Assembly: GCA_018384735.1 (NCBI GenBank)
Contig: JAHAXB010000022.1
Coordinates: 1,936-65,935 of the forward strand
From: Eubacteriales bacterium
GTDB lineage: Bacteria > Bacillota > Clostridia > Christensenellales > UBA1242
DNA: 64,000 bases
Direction of reading: 5' to 3'
Both the position numbers and the translations under genes were made by a program. Positions 61,495 through 64,000 of the stretch are shown here, one piece after another. Below the pieces are notes generated by a model. The model searched no databases and was not told the origin of the DNA. It saw only the letters and a list, made by a program, of their open reading frames with translations. Position 1 is the first letter of the stretch. Every line of letters starts with the position of its first letter.

Positions 61495-64000
61495 ATGAAA
61501 AAAGAAAATACTGTATTTGACTTTGGTCACAATTACGAACCAGCCGATATCTTAGCTAAGGTTAAAGCCAAAAATAAAGGCAAACCTAAATTTAATTTCT
61601 TGGATGGTCCGGTTACCGCCAATGCGCCGTTGTGCTTGCACCATGGTTGGGGTCGTACGCTGAAAGATGCTTATAACCGCTATAACTCCTTAATTGGTAA
61701 GGAAGTCGATTATGTCTGGGGCTTTGATGCACAGGGAATGTGGGTTGAGGTCGAGGTCGAAAAATTGCTCGGCTTGAACAATAAAAAGGAAATCACCCAA
61801 TACGGCGTTGACAAGTTTACCGAAAAATGTATTGAGCGGGTCAACTTCTTCAAAAATCATCAAACCGAACAAAGTAAATTATTTGAACAGTTGGGCGACT
61901 GGGAACACAGTTACATTACCAACTCTGACCAAAACATCACTTCGATTTGGCATTTCTTGAAAGTTTGTCATGACAAAAAAATGCTGAAACGAAGTTATAA
62001 AACTATGCCATGGTGTCCGCGTTGTGGTACCAGCTTAAGTGAACACGAAATGAGTGGTAGCTATAAGGAACGCACACACAAGGCCGTTTTCGTAAAAGCC
62101 AAATTGGTTGGTCGCAATGAACGCATTTTGGTTTGGACGACCACGCCTTGGACTTTGGCAGCCAATATGGCAATTGCGGTTAATCCGGAATTTACTTATT
62201 GTAAATGTCAAGTTAAGAGCGACAAAAATTTGTTAATCGTTTGTGAAAAACAGTTGAAAGTTCTGCGCGACGATTTGGTCAAGGTTGTGGAAAAGGTTTC
62301 GGGTGCTGATTTGGTTGGTTTAGTTTACGAACCGTTCTTGAACTTACAAAAACAACAGTTTGAACACAAAATTGTGGCTTGGGACCAAGTTGATGAGATT
62401 GATGGTTCTGGTGCAGTGCATATTGCGCCCGGCTGTGGTGCCGAGGACTTCGCGTTGGGTACCAAATTAAATATGGCACCGTTCATCATTCCAGTGGCTG
62501 AAAATGGCACATTCTACGAAGACTTTGAATGGTTAGCCGGTTTAACAACGGTTGAATGTGAACCTGCGGTCTTTGAACATTTGACTCAAAATCAAACACT
62601 TTATTATCATCATGATTACACCCATAACTATCCGTTCTGCTGGCGTTGTAAAACCGATGTAATTTTCCGCTTGGTGGAAGGTTACGATATTGCGACCGAT
62701 GGTATCCGCAAAGACCTGTTAAAGGCTGCCGACACGGTACATTGGACTCCGGATTTCATGGGTAAGTCCATGCGTCAATGGTTGACCGATATGGGTGATT
62801 GGAACATCAGTCGTCGCCGTTTCTATGGCTTGCCGTTACCGTTTTATCCATGTAAAAAATGCGGTCATCTGAATGTAATTGATAGCAAGGAAGAACTGCG
62901 CGCCCGTGCAGTCGACCCCAGTAAAGTTGACGCTTTACCGCACTTGCATCGTCCTTACATCGACGAAGTACAAATTATCTGTGAGAAGTGTCATGAGCCA
63001 GTCGCGCGTGTTACGGATGTTGGCGACTGCTGGTTGGATGCTGGTATCGTACCATTCTCAACCAAACCCAAGGGACAATTCAAGGCCGACATGGTTTTGG
63101 AAATGAAAGAGCAAATTCGTTTGTGGTTCTATTCACAGTTGTTTATGTCGGTAGTTTTGACTGGGGAAGCTCCGTATAAAAATGTGGTTGGTCACTCGAC
63201 CATCGTTGATGAAGATGGTAAGAAATTCTCCAAGACCGGCCCGCGTAAAATTTACATTGAAGATGTGGCAAAACAATATGGCACCGACGTTTTACGTTAC
63301 GCATTTGCCAGTGCTAATCCAACCTTGGATATGCGTTTTGGTGACAGCATTGCCGAAGACGCTAAACGTCGTTTGTTAGCTATCTGGAACGCTTATGTGT
63401 TCTATACGACTTACGCTTTGGTTGATAAACCCGACGTGAAAAATTATCAACCAGAAAATTTGGCGCCCATTGATTTATGGTTGGTACAATTAACTAACCA
63501 ATACATTCAAGCTACGCGCGAAGCTTACGACCAATTTAAAATTCATCAAGTTGTTAAATTGACCGATGATTTTGTGGAAAATATTTCTAACTTCTATATT
63601 CGTGTCAACCGTCGTCGTTACTGGAAGAATGGCGAAGACCAAGACAAGATGAACGCTTATTGGTGTTTGTTTCAAGCTCTGCGCAGCGTGACCATTGTAA
63701 TTACGCCTTTGGTACCCAGCTATGCGCAATACCTGTGGCAAAACTGTTTTGGCGAAGGCGAAGAACCCGTAATGTTGGCCAATTATCCGACCGCCTTGAA
63801 GGTTAAAAGTAGAGCCGATTTGTTAAAACCGGTTGAATTTGTTAAACAAATTATCAGTTTAGGTTTGTCATTGCGTGCGGAAAATCAAATTGCCATCAAG
63901 CAACCGTTGTCTAAAGTGTATGTCAAGACGAACCAAATTGACACTGTCACAATGTTTGCAGCAATTATCCAAGAACAATTAAATGTTAAACAAATCGAGA
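61495..64000 (+). CDS. ileS: isoleucyl-tRNA synthetase (type 2-like), 3' end beyond window; non-canonical HIGH/KMSKS
   Basis: Open frame from ATG 61495 to the window end (absent from the track because it has no stop). WTTTPWTLAANMAIAVNP, MPWCPRCGTSLSEHE, LWFYSQLFMS. The HIGH position reads CLHH and KMSKS reads KFSKT. Confidence 0.75.
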   Translation, partial: MKKENTVFDFGHNYEPADILAKVKAKNKGKPKFNFLDGPVTANAPLCLHHGWGRTLKDAYNRYNSLIGKEVDYVWGFDAQGMWVEVEVEKLLGLNNKKEITQYGVDKFTEKCIERVNFFKNHQTEQSKLFEQLGDWEHSYITNSDQNITSIWHFLKVCHDKKMLKRSYKTMPWCPRCGTSLSEHEMSGSYKERTHKAVFVKAKLVGRNERILVWTTTPWTLAANMAIAVNPEFTYCKCQVKSDKNLLIVCEKQLKVLRDDLVKVVEKVSGADLVGLVYEPFLNLQKQQFEHKIVAWDQVDEIDGSGAVHIAPGCGAEDFALGTKLNMAPFIIPVAENGTFYEDFEWLAGLTTVECEPAVFEHLTQNQTLYYHHDYTHNYPFCWRCKTDVIFRLVEGYDIATDGIRKDLLKAADTVHWTPDFMGKSMRQWLTDMGDWNISRRRFYGLPLPFYPCKKCGHLNVIDSKEELRARAVDPSKVDALPHLHRPYIDEVQIICEKCHEPVARVTDVGDCWLDAGIVPFSTKPKGQFKADMVLEMKEQIRLWFYSQLFMSVVLTGEAPYKNVVGHSTIVDEDGKKFSKTGPRKIYIEDVAKQYGTDVLRYAFASANPTLDMRFGDSIAEDAKRRLLAIWNAYVFYTTYALVDKPDVKNYQPENLAPIDLWLVQLTNQYIQATREAYDQFKIHQVVKLTDDFVENISNFYIRVNRRRYWKNGEDQDKMNAYWCLFQALRSVTIVITPLVPSYAQYLWQNCFGEGEEPVMLANYPTALKVKSRADLLKPVEFVKQIISLGLSLRAENQIAIKQPLSKVYVKTNQIDTVTMFAAIIQEQLNVKQIE

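Noticed and set aside
1-64000. Considered an alternative genetic code (UGA as a sense codon), because of the in-frame TGA at 39702 and the reduced-genome flavour of the gene set.
   Set aside because: An 11.3-kb ORF and all housekeeping ORFs are intact under the standard code. TGA also terminates several well-delimited genes at ATGA junctions (301-304, 37752-37755, 42331-42334).

Overview
The window is a low-GC chromosomal segment with Firmicutes-like gene organisation: trpS', smpB, rplM-rpsI, rpsF-ssb-rpsR, murC, rpmE-prmC-prfA, nrdR, ricT, thrS, rimM-trmD, rbgA, tmk-holB, spmAB, rpoB-rpoC, secG, rnr and ileS'. TGA is used as a stop, so the code is standard. Three things interrupt or decorate this housekeeping backbone. 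(1) A 15.7-kb integrative element sits in tRNA-Phe, bracketed by a perfect 50-bp direct repeat (30474-30523 and 46195-46244). It carries a tyrosine integrase, an XRE repressor, a palindromic operator present at two homologous promoters, two orphan DNA methyltransferases, a Zot/pI-like P-loop ATPase and a DinJ/YafQ toxin-antitoxin pair. It also encodes a run of membrane-anchored proteins plus one extremely basic and one extremely acidic protein. I recognise no tailed-phage or conjugation hallmark genes in it, and this is my best candidate for something new (a non-tailed temperate virus or a novel integrative element). (2) An 11.3-kb gene encodes a 3772-aa doubly anchored repeat protein. (3) At least six genes have near-consensus sigma70-type promoters placed so that transcription should begin at the start codon (leaderless). 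Smaller oddities are a degenerate MreB paralogue, a HEPN-CBS fusion, an IleS with non-canonical HIGH and KMSKS motifs, a tRNA-Val with C33, and a ThrS lacking the TGS domain. All functional calls rest on motif recognition by eye. No database search was run.
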